A DNA stretch of 64,000 nucleotides from a virus (Duplodnaviria > Heunggongvirae > Uroviricota > Caudoviricetes), in IMG/VR virus record IMGVR_UViG_3300001687_001192; one strand, given 5' to 3'. This document shows, piece by piece, positions 28,650 through 38,208 of the stretch. Made by a program: the position numbers and the translations under genes. The notes under the pieces were generated by a model, which saw nothing but the letters and a program-made list of their open reading frames with translations, did not search any database and was not told the DNA's origin. Positions within the stretch are counted from its first letter, which is position 1, and every line of letters starts with the position of its first letter.

Positions 28650-29978
28650 ATGGCATCGTTTTCGGCTAATATAACTACAGAACAACTAGAAGACCCCAAG
28701 CTGGTGGCGGTCCACGAATACCAAGGATCGAATCAGGCAGCTTTGTGGCGAAACTCAGATTTTGGGTGGGATTTATTTGATCCACAACCTTCTTGGCGTA
28801 CGGATTCTCAAGCCCAGGCTGTGTGGAGCGATGGATATGGGCGAATCGTAGTCCATGACTCTATTTCAACTAACCGTTTTATGCATTATGACGGATACTC
28901 CTGGTCAAATGTGTTAGGATTTCTACCGGACGCTTGGGTATGTGAAGCTTTGGGTGGCATGAGTATGTCAGAATTGTGGGCTGGCGGTGATGGTTATGTG
29001 GGATTTTATGATGGCTATTCGTGGACGGAAGCGCTAGGGCCTTTAGATGAACTGGTTCCAGTATACAGCATATGGTCCAAACGCTCTGAAATGATTACCA
29101 AAACGTGGGTAGTTGGCGGGTCCGCTGGTAATGAGGGCGTATATTACTACGATGGCTATTCATGGACTAATTTCTATTCAGATATAGAGCTAGTTGACGA
29201 ATATGTTGGTGTTCCGATGGCAGTTTGGGGCAGTTACTTAGCAGATGATGTTTGGGTTGCCTTTGATCTTTGTGATAATCCTACCGTAAGTGGCCGAGTG
29301 GCTCATTATAATGGTGTAAGTTGGTCTATTATAGGTGGCGTGTTAGACGAGGGTCAACAAGTGTTGTGGGGCTTAACTTTTACTGCCAACGAATTATGGT
29401 CGGCAGGAGATGACAGCGCCGGTATCGCTCCTATCGTAGTTGGCTGGAATGGTTCAACCTGGGACAATAAACTAACTGGCGATTATGTAGCACGTCGTAT
29501 GCTCGGGCTTCAATCAGGACTAAGTAACGGCGTATATCTTGCTACTGGTACCGGTGCTACCTCTAATGGCGCGGTTTACAGACGATGGGATCGCAGCGGG
29601 TTAGACGGGGAACATGTATGGCTTTCAGATCAAGTTATACCTCGGCAGTGGCGTGATTTGGCGGTTCTAGAAGATGCGCCAGTACAACCGTATTTTTATA
29701 TGGAAATAGAGGAGGGGTATGGTTTAGGATATGAGACAGCTTTCGACGGTTATTTCTTGCCGCCATTTGAAAATTCTACCGTTACGTTTAGCGATGCTGA
29801 CGGCTGGCAAGGTTACGATATTGAAATCATAAAAGATTCTTATTGGGATCTGGGAAGAATCACTATGGATATAACCATTGATGCGTACAACAACCCAGTC
29901 AATTTAGAGCCAGAGCCTGGGTCTTTTGATCGAAGCAGAGACTCTGTGGTTAGATTTCGTTTAAGAAAAACGCCTTAG
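28650..29978 (+). CDS. Repeat (beta-propeller-like) protein with YDGYSW repeats
   Basis: Repeats HYDGYSWS, FYDGYSWT, YYDGYSWT, HYNGVSWS, GWNGSTWD separated by xxWG/WA motifs. Confidence 0.7.
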   Translation: MASFSANITTEQLEDPKLVAVHEYQGSNQAALWRNSDFGWDLFDPQPSWRTDSQAQAVWSDGYGRIVVHDSISTNRFMHYDGYSWSNVLGFLPDAWVCEALGGMSMSELWAGGDGYVGFYDGYSWTEALGPLDELVPVYSIWSKRSEMITKTWVVGGSAGNEGVYYYDGYSWTNFYSDIELVDEYVGVPMAVWGSYLADDVWVAFDLCDNPTVSGRVAHYNGVSWSIIGGVLDEGQQVLWGLTFTANELWSAGDDSAGIAPIVVGWNGSTWDNKLTGDYVARRMLGLQSGLSNGVYLATGTGATSNGAVYRRWDRSGLDGEHVWLSDQVIPRQWRDLAVLEDAPVQPYFYMEIEEGYGLGYETAFDGYFLPPFENSTVTFSDADGWQGYDIEIIKDSYWDLGRITMDITIDAYNNPVNLEPEPGSFDRSRDSVVRFRLRKTP

Positions 29979-30077
29979 GAGATTTTGTAGAGCCAGAAGC
30001 TGGCTCATATGACCAGCCAAAAGGTTCGGTGATCAAATTTCGGTTAAGAAGTGTTTAATTGTGGAGTGCCTATATAA

Positions 30078-32546
30078 ATGGTAACTTACTTATCAGATAA
30101 ATTATTTTTGGATGGATACGCAACAAATGACGTATCATTTGGTTCCGACAACTCTCCTTGTCAAGGGTGGAGTGATAGGCCGTTATGTCTTGCTGGCAAA
30201 ACCATGGTCGGTGGTAGTCCAACCAAAGATACTTCACGAGGCGAGTTGGATGTCTGGAACTGGAATTCGGCTCTTGATACCTGGGTACGCAAGCATCACA
30301 TTACCCACCCAGATGATGCTCCAAATACTTTGTTCGGGTTTCATGTCGCTATGGACAAGACAATGCTGGTGCCGCTCGTCCTCGTCGTCGGGTGTTTCGG
30401 ATACGCGACACAGACAGGTCGCGTCTACGTCTTTGAACGTGCCGACATCAACTCCGACTTCAGCTTGGTCACCAAGTTGGAGGCCAGCGACAAAGGGGCG
30501 AACGACCAATTCGGGTGGCGAGTCGCAGTAGACGAGATCAACGGTATCATTGCTGTGACCGCCAGGGGCTGGGACGATCCAACGTACAGCAATGCCGGGA
30601 AGATCTACCTGTTCGAAAAGGACGGTGACTCGTGGCCTGGTAGTGTGGTTACCCCCGGCACCGAGGATGCCTCCGTTGTTCTGCCTGGTAGTGAGTTGCT
30701 CGGTGGTAACTACTATCTTGGCATCGGCCTAGCACTCCGCAATGGGCACTTGCTCGCAACTGGTGGGGGGCAAGCGTACAAGAAGGTCAACTACTGGTTA
30801 AGGTCGTCTAAGACCAGCTGGCCACATCAGCAAACGCTTGACTACAGCACCGATGTTGGATTGACAGACGTCGATATGGATGCCACCGCCACCTATGCTG
30901 TGACCGGCGTTGATGACAGCGATAGGATTCGTTTATTGAAGCGTACCGGATCCGGGTCCTCAACGTGGGAAGAGAAGGACGTCGAGACCCGGGACGGCGG
31001 CGGTGGGGCGGGTTGGTTCGGCGTGATCGTCAAGTTGGCTCCAGATGGTACAAGCGTGGCAACGTCCGCAGGTTTTTACGATGACGCTTACAACGAGCAG
31101 GGCCGAGCTTGGATTATCCCGATTGTTTCCGATGCTTTTGATACAGGCAATGAGGAGATTTTTGCAGCAGCGGATGCAGAAGACTATCATTATTTTGGCA
31201 GTTCTCTTGATTGGAATGGCCACCACATAGCAATTGGCGCGTGCGGCGATGATGAAGCTGCCGAGAATGCTGGAGCGTTATATTATGATCTGGCAGGCGA
31301 AGATTATCCAGGAGGCGGTTTTTTGGATAATCAAGATCCACCGCACGATTCTTACGGGGCTCTGCCGTCTACGAACATATCTACGGACATATTAGGTCTG
31401 TACACGGGTATAAATCTCAACACAATAGATGCATATGTTAACGGAGCCTTAGCATTTACCGGTCCGTCAACCTTTATATCGCCATACAACGGACCCTCAT
31501 CTTCAATTACTGCCACCACTGTGGACGGCTATGATGGTTATAACATAGTATTCGACAATACAACCGATTTCAGTATAGGCTCGGCCGTTACTACTAGAAT
31601 CGTATGTCAAGATAACTATGGAGCTTCTATAGATGAAAGTTGGACATTTCATATAGCACAAACCGTACTTTCATTGGTGCACGGCCCTTATGAAATTACC
31701 TTTGATATTACTTTTTCTGGCGAAGTATCCTCTAGTGCGCTAAATCCTGCTTACTATTTGTTTGATAATGGAATGTATGCCAGATTAGTAGAGCACATGG
31801 AAAACGATACGTATAGGCTGTGGACAGAACTTTATGAGGGTGATTCAACATTTAGCCTAACTGTTTCGCCCAATCTAAAAGACAGTTACGGCGGTTCTAT
31901 ATATACGGATCCCATAACTACCACACCTTTTTATTCTTCTGCCGATATGAGTAATTATGATGGAAAAGTTAGATCGTGGCGTCAGAGCAATTTGATAAGC
32001 GCAGATAGTCAGAGAATTTATTTAGCTGGCACAAGAGGAATAGATGTTTTTCGTAAAGTTACTGAAGTAAATCCAGTAAGATGGGGTCAAATATTAGACG
32101 AATACGGTATTAACGCCATGTTTGTGGCCAATTACACTAGCGACTTAGTGATTACTGATACAGTGCCGCCATACGTAACAGATCAGGATCCGCCGGCCTC
32201 GGGCACTTCTTACACTTCAGATCCTATATTGTTTACGGTTACAGACGTTTCTTCAGCGGTGGAAATCCCTTCCACCACCGTATATGTCAACGATGTCATA
32301 GCTTTTAATGGTGGCGACGGCGGCTGGGATAATGGATATACTGGCACTATTACAGTGGAGTTTAGGAGACTTGATTTTGTTATAAACCCACCTGTACCAT
32401 TCACTCCAGAGTCCACTGTAAGAGTTAGAGTGGTGGCATCAGATTTGCTCGGAAATCTTTTAGACATCACATATTCATTCACGGTTACTTCCACTACCGG
32501 GTTTGGGTTTTCAATATACGGCACGTCGTCATTTGGAGGGGTATAA
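30078..32546 (+). CDS. FG-GAP repeat beta-propeller plus Ig-like modules; putative tail/receptor-binding protein
   Basis: LFGFHVA, DQFGWRVA, WFGVIV, YFGSSLD..IAIGA..DD...NAGA; two DNQDP/DQDP-type Ig-like modules. Confidence 0.75.
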   Translation: MVTYLSDKLFLDGYATNDVSFGSDNSPCQGWSDRPLCLAGKTMVGGSPTKDTSRGELDVWNWNSALDTWVRKHHITHPDDAPNTLFGFHVAMDKTMLVPLVLVVGCFGYATQTGRVYVFERADINSDFSLVTKLEASDKGANDQFGWRVAVDEINGIIAVTARGWDDPTYSNAGKIYLFEKDGDSWPGSVVTPGTEDASVVLPGSELLGGNYYLGIGLALRNGHLLATGGGQAYKKVNYWLRSSKTSWPHQQTLDYSTDVGLTDVDMDATATYAVTGVDDSDRIRLLKRTGSGSSTWEEKDVETRDGGGGAGWFGVIVKLAPDGTSVATSAGFYDDAYNEQGRAWIIPIVSDAFDTGNEEIFAAADAEDYHYFGSSLDWNGHHIAIGACGDDEAAENAGALYYDLAGEDYPGGGFLDNQDPPHDSYGALPSTNISTDILGLYTGINLNTIDAYVNGALAFTGPSTFISPYNGPSSSITATTVDGYDGYNIVFDNTTDFSIGSAVTTRIVCQDNYGASIDESWTFHIAQTVLSLVHGPYEITFDITFSGEVSSSALNPAYYLFDNGMYARLVEHMENDTYRLWTELYEGDSTFSLTVSPNLKDSYGGSIYTDPITTTPFYSSADMSNYDGKVRSWRQSNLISADSQRIYLAGTRGIDVFRKVTEVNPVRWGQILDEYGINAMFVANYTSDLVITDTVPPYVTDQDPPASGTSYTSDPILFTVTDVSSAVEIPSTTVYVNDVIAFNGGDGGWDNGYTGTITVEFRRLDFVINPPVPFTPESTVRVRVVASDLLGNLLDITYSFTVTSTTGFGFSIYGTSSFGGV

Positions 32547-32576
32547 AACTATAAGGAGATGAGTTTTTAAAAAAAC

Positions 32577-34157
32577 ATGCCCACTTGGTATTTTGAAACA
32601 GGCAACCCGCCTTTCTATGATAATCAAAGTCCTCAAGATGGCTACTCTAATGTGGACAAGTTTACACTTGTTTCCATAGATGTTGCAGACGCAGAATCTT
32701 ACGTAGATTTATCAACGCTTGATGCGTATGTCAACGGTGCTGATGCTTATAGAATTGGCGTTGGGTTTGTAGCTCCTTATGATGGATATTTTTCCAGCAT
32801 TACACCTACGATTCTAGATGGTTATGATGGATATACTATTACCTTTGATAGAACTGGATATTATCCTCCGCTATCTTACGTTACTTTTCGCATTGTGGTT
32901 GATGATTACGGCGGCAATACGCTGGACGAGTCATGGACTTTTCAAATTGAGACGTCATTAGATCCGTTTGTTGATAATGAGAGTCCTGCTAGAAATGCCA
33001 CTGGCGTGTCTCAGTCGTCACTCATTTCCTTTGACGTGCTGGATCCAGAGGGCGAGATGGGCTCGGATACTATAAATATATATGTAGAAGGAAATCTTGC
33101 GTACGGTGGCGGTACATTTATATCGCCGTATGACGGTGTTAGCTCTTATGTTTCCTTTACGAGTCAGCCCGGTGGAGATGGCTATCATGTTGTTATTGAT
33201 AAAACCTCTGCGCTCGATGCTATAGTACCGGTCAGAGTTATAGCTAGCGACCCAACCGGCGGCACCCTAGACGACTCCTGGGGTTTTACAACACTTTTTG
33301 AAAATATCAATGTCATCTATTACTCTGATGGGTATGGCATAAAGAAAATATATATTGCCAATATAGCTGGAGAAAGTCAGAGTCAAGCCGTTACGATTTT
33401 GGATTATCCGCTGATACCATCAAATAACGTAATCTCGCTTTCTGGTAATTTCATATCCAGCAATTCTTATCTGGTTTCTTGCTATGACGACTATGGAGGT
33501 GTAATAGATGCTTATGGTATGGCTGACGATGCGTACGGAGTATCTGTCATACGTAATGAGGCCGGTGTCACACAGTATTTAGATGGGTACAGCACCAATG
33601 ACGGTGCTATAACTGATAAAGGAATTTTATATGTAATAAATAGAAATCTTAACAGAATAGAAGTCTACTATGGGGCTCATTTCAGAAGCGGCAGTAGAGG
33701 TCCAGACTTTATTTACAATACCGCGTCTTCACCGTCTTTGTTTCCAGGAGAAATTCTATGTATGCATGTAGAAGATGGGAATTCAGTTGTGCTAAGCGGT
33801 GGTGCTAGACTATTTGTTGGGACATCTCTGGGTATGACTCGCATTGATACATATGATCAGCAAACGGTAGACGGATATAGCGACGGATATGATGGGTATG
33901 GTCTTGCCACAACATTTGGCATAATAGGAAGCGGCGCCGAATATGAATCAATTGGTGGAACAATTCCGAGGGTTACGGCCGTGTCCTCAGACGAATTGTC
34001 GACTATTTTCGTCGTAACGAATGATGGATATGGTGATGGCGGTTTAACACAAATCGCTATTTCTGGAAATCGCAGATTGGCATTTTTGACGGAGGCCACC
34101 GGTTTTGTGCCGTCAAATGATATAAGAGATATTTTTGGTAAGAATTTTAGTAATTAA
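32577..34157 (+). CDS. Ig-like module protein, DGY-rich; putative virion protein
   Basis: Two modules (PPFYDNQSP...DESWTF; DPFVDNESP...DDSWGF) homologous to those in ORF 30078. Confidence 0.7.
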   Translation: MPTWYFETGNPPFYDNQSPQDGYSNVDKFTLVSIDVADAESYVDLSTLDAYVNGADAYRIGVGFVAPYDGYFSSITPTILDGYDGYTITFDRTGYYPPLSYVTFRIVVDDYGGNTLDESWTFQIETSLDPFVDNESPARNATGVSQSSLISFDVLDPEGEMGSDTINIYVEGNLAYGGGTFISPYDGVSSYVSFTSQPGGDGYHVVIDKTSALDAIVPVRVIASDPTGGTLDDSWGFTTLFENINVIYYSDGYGIKKIYIANIAGESQSQAVTILDYPLIPSNNVISLSGNFISSNSYLVSCYDDYGGVIDAYGMADDAYGVSVIRNEAGVTQYLDGYSTNDGAITDKGILYVINRNLNRIEVYYGAHFRSGSRGPDFIYNTASSPSLFPGEILCMHVEDGNSVVLSGGARLFVGTSLGMTRIDTYDQQTVDGYSDGYDGYGLATTFGIIGSGAEYESIGGTIPRVTAVSSDELSTIFVVTNDGYGDGGLTQIAISGNRRLAFLTEATGFVPSNDIRDIFGKNFSN

Positions 34158-34167
34158 GGAGAACAAC

Positions 34168-34440
34168 ATGGTAGTTGAAAAGCTTTCACTCACAGAGCTA
34201 TTACTAACGAGACAATGGCTAATAATGGTCGGAAATTCGCGCGATTCTTGTGGCATGAAGAAAGAGCAGGCCGCAAAGGTTAGCCTTAGAATTCGTGAAG
34301 TAGATGCTGAATTAACTCGCAGAGTTATAGACGGCGACTTCAGTGTTATCTGGTTTAATGACCCAGATTTTGAAAACACATTGCAAGAATTAAGAGAAAA
34401 TAGGGAGATGTCTGAAGGAGATTCAGATGATGGAACATGA
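34168..34440 (+). CDS. Hypothetical protein
   Basis: ATG 34168 after AAGGAG. Confidence 0.7.
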   Translation: MVVEKLSLTELLLTRQWLIMVGNSRDSCGMKKEQAAKVSLRIREVDAELTRRVIDGDFSVIWFNDPDFENTLQELRENREMSEGDSDDGT

Positions 34441-34708
34441 TAAAATAGTAGCCGCCATTTTGAAGGAAAAAATGGACCTGGAAAAAAATGGTTTCAAACC
34501 TAGAATTATTTTGCTTGGAAGCGAAATACATCAAATGATAGAAGATGAATGGATTGAATCCGTAAAAGAGCTTCCTTGGGGCGATACATTAATATATGAA
34601 ATGGAGCAAAAACGAGCTATTGGCAAAAATGTTTTTTTGGGCGATGGGTCTATGTTTGGCTTGTGGGTAATAAGAGTTGACACCATTGACAACTTTAAGG
34701 TTTATTGA
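34427..34708 (+). CDS. Hypothetical protein
   Basis: AAGGAG RBS, overlap with previous ORF. Confidence 0.7.
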   Translation: MMEHDKIVAAILKEKMDLEKNGFKPRIILLGSEIHQMIEDEWIESVKELPWGDTLIYEMEQKRAIGKNVFLGDGSMFGLWVIRVDTIDNFKVY

Positions 34709-35464
34709 ATGATAGTTTATATAAAAGATAGAGAAGATATAGAAAATTTTAAATTGGTTGGCAAATGCACTGCGGAAATACTTTCAATATTACTTAACAA
34801 AGCAAAAGAAGGAGTAACTACTAGAGAACTTGATTCAGTGGCACAAACAGAATGCCAAAATCGCGGCGTCACGCCGGCATTTTTAAACTATCGCGGCTTC
34901 CCGGCCGCGATTTGCACATCTGTCAATAAAACTTTGGTGCACGGGGTTCCTGATGATACGGCCCTTGTAAACGGTGACATATTGTCGATAGATATTGGTG
35001 TAGAAAAACAAGGATATATAGGAGACTCAGCTGAGTCCATTATCGTGGGCGGCGAACCAAATGATTTGATAGAGAAATGTAGGATCGCTTTAAAAAATGG
35101 AATTGACAAGGTTAGGGCTGGCAACAGACTGAGCAACATATCACAAGCAATTTATGACGTTTCTAGAAAAGCTGGATATTCGATAGCGCGTGGATATGGG
35201 GGGCATGGGATTGACAGACACCGTTTACATGCGGATCCCTTTGTGTCGAACATTCCAGTTGAAGATGAAGACGACATAAAGTTGCGTCCAGGTATGATTA
35301 TTGCCATAGAACCAATGTTAATCGCTTATAATAATGGAAAGACACGTGTGTCGGATCAAGACAACTGGTCCGTTATCGCAAGTGGCATGGCTGCTCATTG
35401 TGAACATACTATTTTAGTAACAGACGGGAAGCCATTTATTTTAACAGATAGGAGTAATAATTGA
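34709..35464 (+). CDS. map: Methionine aminopeptidase type I
   Basis: GFPAAICTSVN...HGVP, GDILSIDIG, GYIGDSA, GGHGI, IAIEPM, AHCEHTI. Confidence 0.95.
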   Translation: MIVYIKDREDIENFKLVGKCTAEILSILLNKAKEGVTTRELDSVAQTECQNRGVTPAFLNYRGFPAAICTSVNKTLVHGVPDDTALVNGDILSIDIGVEKQGYIGDSAESIIVGGEPNDLIEKCRIALKNGIDKVRAGNRLSNISQAIYDVSRKAGYSIARGYGGHGIDRHRLHADPFVSNIPVEDEDDIKLRPGMIIAIEPMLIAYNNGKTRVSDQDNWSVIASGMAAHCEHTILVTDGKPFILTDRSNN

Positions 35465-36507
35465 TATCTCTAGATTCTTTGTTGTTGACCCCAAGCGGAG
35501 CCAAAAGGGCTGAAGAGATAGGGCCTGGAGATGACGTCTATATTTATAGGGGATCTAATATGGGTGTACAAGCTGTTACTTTTGTGAAAAGTGTTTCAAG
35601 TGAAGCCGTCGCTATAAAATATTACTCTAAAAACATATGCGTGGTGCCAAAAACAGCAAAAGTGATTGTTAGTGACGACAGAAGAAAACACTTATCAAAG
35701 GAAAAACAAGTGTCGGATGTTGGCCGGCATGACCTTGTTCATAGGAAATTCGTAGATATTAGTATGGGCACAGCTGACGAGCCGCATGCCTATTCCATTG
35801 GCGCTTTACTCGGAGACGGTTGTTGTTGTGAAGGAAAAAACGCAATATACATTAGCTCAGATAGCCGGCACATACCACAGTTTGTTGGAGAACAGCTAGG
35901 TGCCAAACATATAAGAAAACAAAGGGGAGATAACTACACATATATTATAAGCAATGGCATAGGGTGTGCGGGTAATGTGGGGCATCCGGCCGTTATTTGT
36001 CATCACTATAATAAGTGGTGTAAAAACAGAAAAGCACATCAAAAAATTGTTAACCTAGACATAATTAAGACATGGAATAGGGATAGCTGTATAAGATTTC
36101 TTTCCGGACTGTTGGACACAGACGGATCAATAGAAGTTGATGATATGCGCATTACCGTTAATTGGTTTAGTCAGTCGAAATCCATCATAGATGGTATATA
36201 TTTTATAATTTTGTCGCTATGGCAGACTGAACCACTTATTTGTGTAGATGGAAGGAGCAAATATGTGAACGGACCAGTGTACAAAATATATGTAAGGAAA
36301 AATTTATTCTCAAAAAGAATACTAGAGGAGTGTTCTCCACACCTATTAAAAAAGAAATGCGGTGAATTTGTCGGTAGGACACACAAAGCCTGTTATGGGT
36401 TTATAAAACCACAATTTATTTGTCAAGGCGAACAGCGTTTTTTAGATTTTGGCTTTGACGGCTTTTTTATAACTTCAAACCAAGGTGTTTTGGTGAGGGG
36501 AGATTAA
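35461..36507 (+). CDS. Free-standing intein-derived protein: degenerate Hint blocks flanking a dodecapeptide LAGLIDADG endonuclease
   Basis: N-term ISLDSLLLTPSGAKRAEEIGPGDDVY (block A-like); IGALLGDG and LSGLLDTDG; C-term FLDF...NQGVLVRGD (block F/G-like). Confidence 0.75.
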   Translation: MISLDSLLLTPSGAKRAEEIGPGDDVYIYRGSNMGVQAVTFVKSVSSEAVAIKYYSKNICVVPKTAKVIVSDDRRKHLSKEKQVSDVGRHDLVHRKFVDISMGTADEPHAYSIGALLGDGCCCEGKNAIYISSDSRHIPQFVGEQLGAKHIRKQRGDNYTYIISNGIGCAGNVGHPAVICHHYNKWCKNRKAHQKIVNLDIIKTWNRDSCIRFLSGLLDTDGSIEVDDMRITVNWFSQSKSIIDGIYFIILSLWQTEPLICVDGRSKYVNGPVYKIYVRKNLFSKRILEECSPHLLKKKCGEFVGRTHKACYGFIKPQFICQGEQRFLDFGFDGFFITSNQGVLVRGD

Positions 36508-37172
36508 TGAAACCATTATTTATTTCTTTTGAAGGTATAGACGGGAGTTCTAAAACTACACAAGCAGAGTTGCTTTCAGGATGGATGGGTGAACGTGCTA
36601 TTGGACACGTTTTAACTAAAGAACCAGGTACTCCGTATATAGTGGAGTGCAAGGTTATAAGAAACTTACTACTTAGCCCAGAATATAATCTTTCGGATAA
36701 GTCAGAATTATTTTTATTTCTAGCAGATAGGTCGCAACATGTACACAGTCTCATTAGACCGTCGCTAGATGCAGGAAAGCATGTAATATGCGATAGATAT
36801 TCAGATTCAACACGAGTATATCAGTGTGCTAGAGGATTAAGCAGGGATAAGGTAGATATACTTTTAGACTTCGCTACTGATGGTTTGCTGCCAGACCTAA
36901 CTTTTGTTTTAGACATTCCTGTGGATGTTGGGTTGGCAAGAGCAAAGGCCAAGAGCATTTACAAGGAAGGGGACAGGATGGAAAAGGCCGGTACCAAATT
37001 CCATGAAGATGTGCGGTACGGTTTCCTAAAGCTGGCGGAAAGCATCAAGGAACAACATAGATTTCAAATAATTAACGCCGCGCCCCCAAAGACCATAGAG
37101 CAGATCCATGATGAAATAGTTGAACACATCTCAAAAAGAATATGGATAACTAATGTGATGGAGGAGGCATGA
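36507..37172 (+). CDS. tmk: Thymidylate (dTMP) kinase
   Basis: FEGIDGSSKTTQ, TKEPG, LFLADRSQH, CDRYSDS..YQ, PDLTFVLD, DRME. Confidence 0.95.
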   Translation: MKPLFISFEGIDGSSKTTQAELLSGWMGERAIGHVLTKEPGTPYIVECKVIRNLLLSPEYNLSDKSELFLFLADRSQHVHSLIRPSLDAGKHVICDRYSDSTRVYQCARGLSRDKVDILLDFATDGLLPDLTFVLDIPVDVGLARAKAKSIYKEGDRMEKAGTKFHEDVRYGFLKLAESIKEQHRFQIINAAPPKTIEQIHDEIVEHISKRIWITNVMEEA

Positions 37173-38206
37173 ACACATCTATTGTCGTTTGTGGGAAGAA
37201 ATACGATATAGGGACAAGGGTTGTTTTATGGGATGAACCTGGCGGGCTAAATGCGTATGATACCTCCAAATATACCTACACTCAAACCGTACAGGATAGA
37301 AAAACCGGCAAAGAAAAGAAAAAGAAGGTAACGGTATCTGGGGTTAGATATAGTAGGAGAAACAAACTCAAGAAAAATTTATCGTTGAAACAGTTGCAGG
37401 GAATGGTAGACCAGTTTTTTTTACACCATTCTGGTCTATATAGAGCAGAAGATACATTTCATGTGCTACACCGACAGAGAAGACTATCCGTACATTTTAT
37501 TTTGGACGATGATGGGATATTATATCAGACGTTAGATCTTAGAGAAAAGGCGTGGCATGGAGGGAAAAATAACCCCCAGTCTGTAGGCATTGAGATAGAT
37601 TCTAGAGCGCATGCGGAAAGGTTTCCCAACGCCTATGATGAAGCCCATCAGAAGAAACATAGGGTGGGAAGTAGAAAGAAAAGAATCGATTTCGTCGGCA
37701 ATCGTTGGATTTTGGGCTACGAATATAATGACAAACAATATATTACACTGATGCGGTTAGGAATTGTATTAAAGAAAACATTCCCGCTCATGAGTGGCTC
37801 TGCTGTTGGAACTTATATGGATTTTCCAAGAAATTCGAAAGGAAGGATTATCACATCGGAGCTTAAAAAACCTCATAAACATAGTGGCCTTATCTGTCAT
37901 TATAACAACAGCGCAACCAAAAACGATCCTATATCTTTAGACCACTACAGGTTAATTAAAGGCATCATGAATGATAATCCATATCAATCATCGACTTTTA
38001 TGCGAACTGATAATTGGCGTGACAGACAAAAATGGTTAGCAGCGGTTGGTTATGATCCTGGGCCCGTTGATGGTGATTTTGGGCCAAAAACAAAAGTTGC
38101 TTTGCAAAAGTTTCAGAAGGATAATAAATTAAGCCCCGATGGAGTTTGGGGAGCAAAAACTGAGTACATGTTGGATTTAGTAACGAAAGAAAAAGGAGTA
38201 AGATAG
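37169..38206 (+). CDS. N-acetylmuramoyl-L-alanine amidase with C-terminal peptidoglycan-binding domain (endolysin)
   Basis: FLHHS, SVHFI.DDDG..YQ......AWHGG..N..SVGIE, CH......DP; GPVDGDFGPKT..A...FQ.......DG..G..T. Confidence 0.88.
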   Translation: MNTSIVVCGKKYDIGTRVVLWDEPGGLNAYDTSKYTYTQTVQDRKTGKEKKKKVTVSGVRYSRRNKLKKNLSLKQLQGMVDQFFLHHSGLYRAEDTFHVLHRQRRLSVHFILDDDGILYQTLDLREKAWHGGKNNPQSVGIEIDSRAHAERFPNAYDEAHQKKHRVGSRKKRIDFVGNRWILGYEYNDKQYITLMRLGIVLKKTFPLMSGSAVGTYMDFPRNSKGRIITSELKKPHKHSGLICHYNNSATKNDPISLDHYRLIKGIMNDNPYQSSTFMRTDNWRDRQKWLAAVGYDPGPVDGDFGPKTKVALQKFQKDNKLSPDGVWGAKTEYMLDLVTKEKGVR

Positions 38207-38208
38207 CT

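Noticed and set aside
26146-34157. Diversity-generating retroelement acting on the tail-like genes
   Set aside because: No reverse transcriptase and no template/variable repeat pair with adenine-specific mismatches was seen
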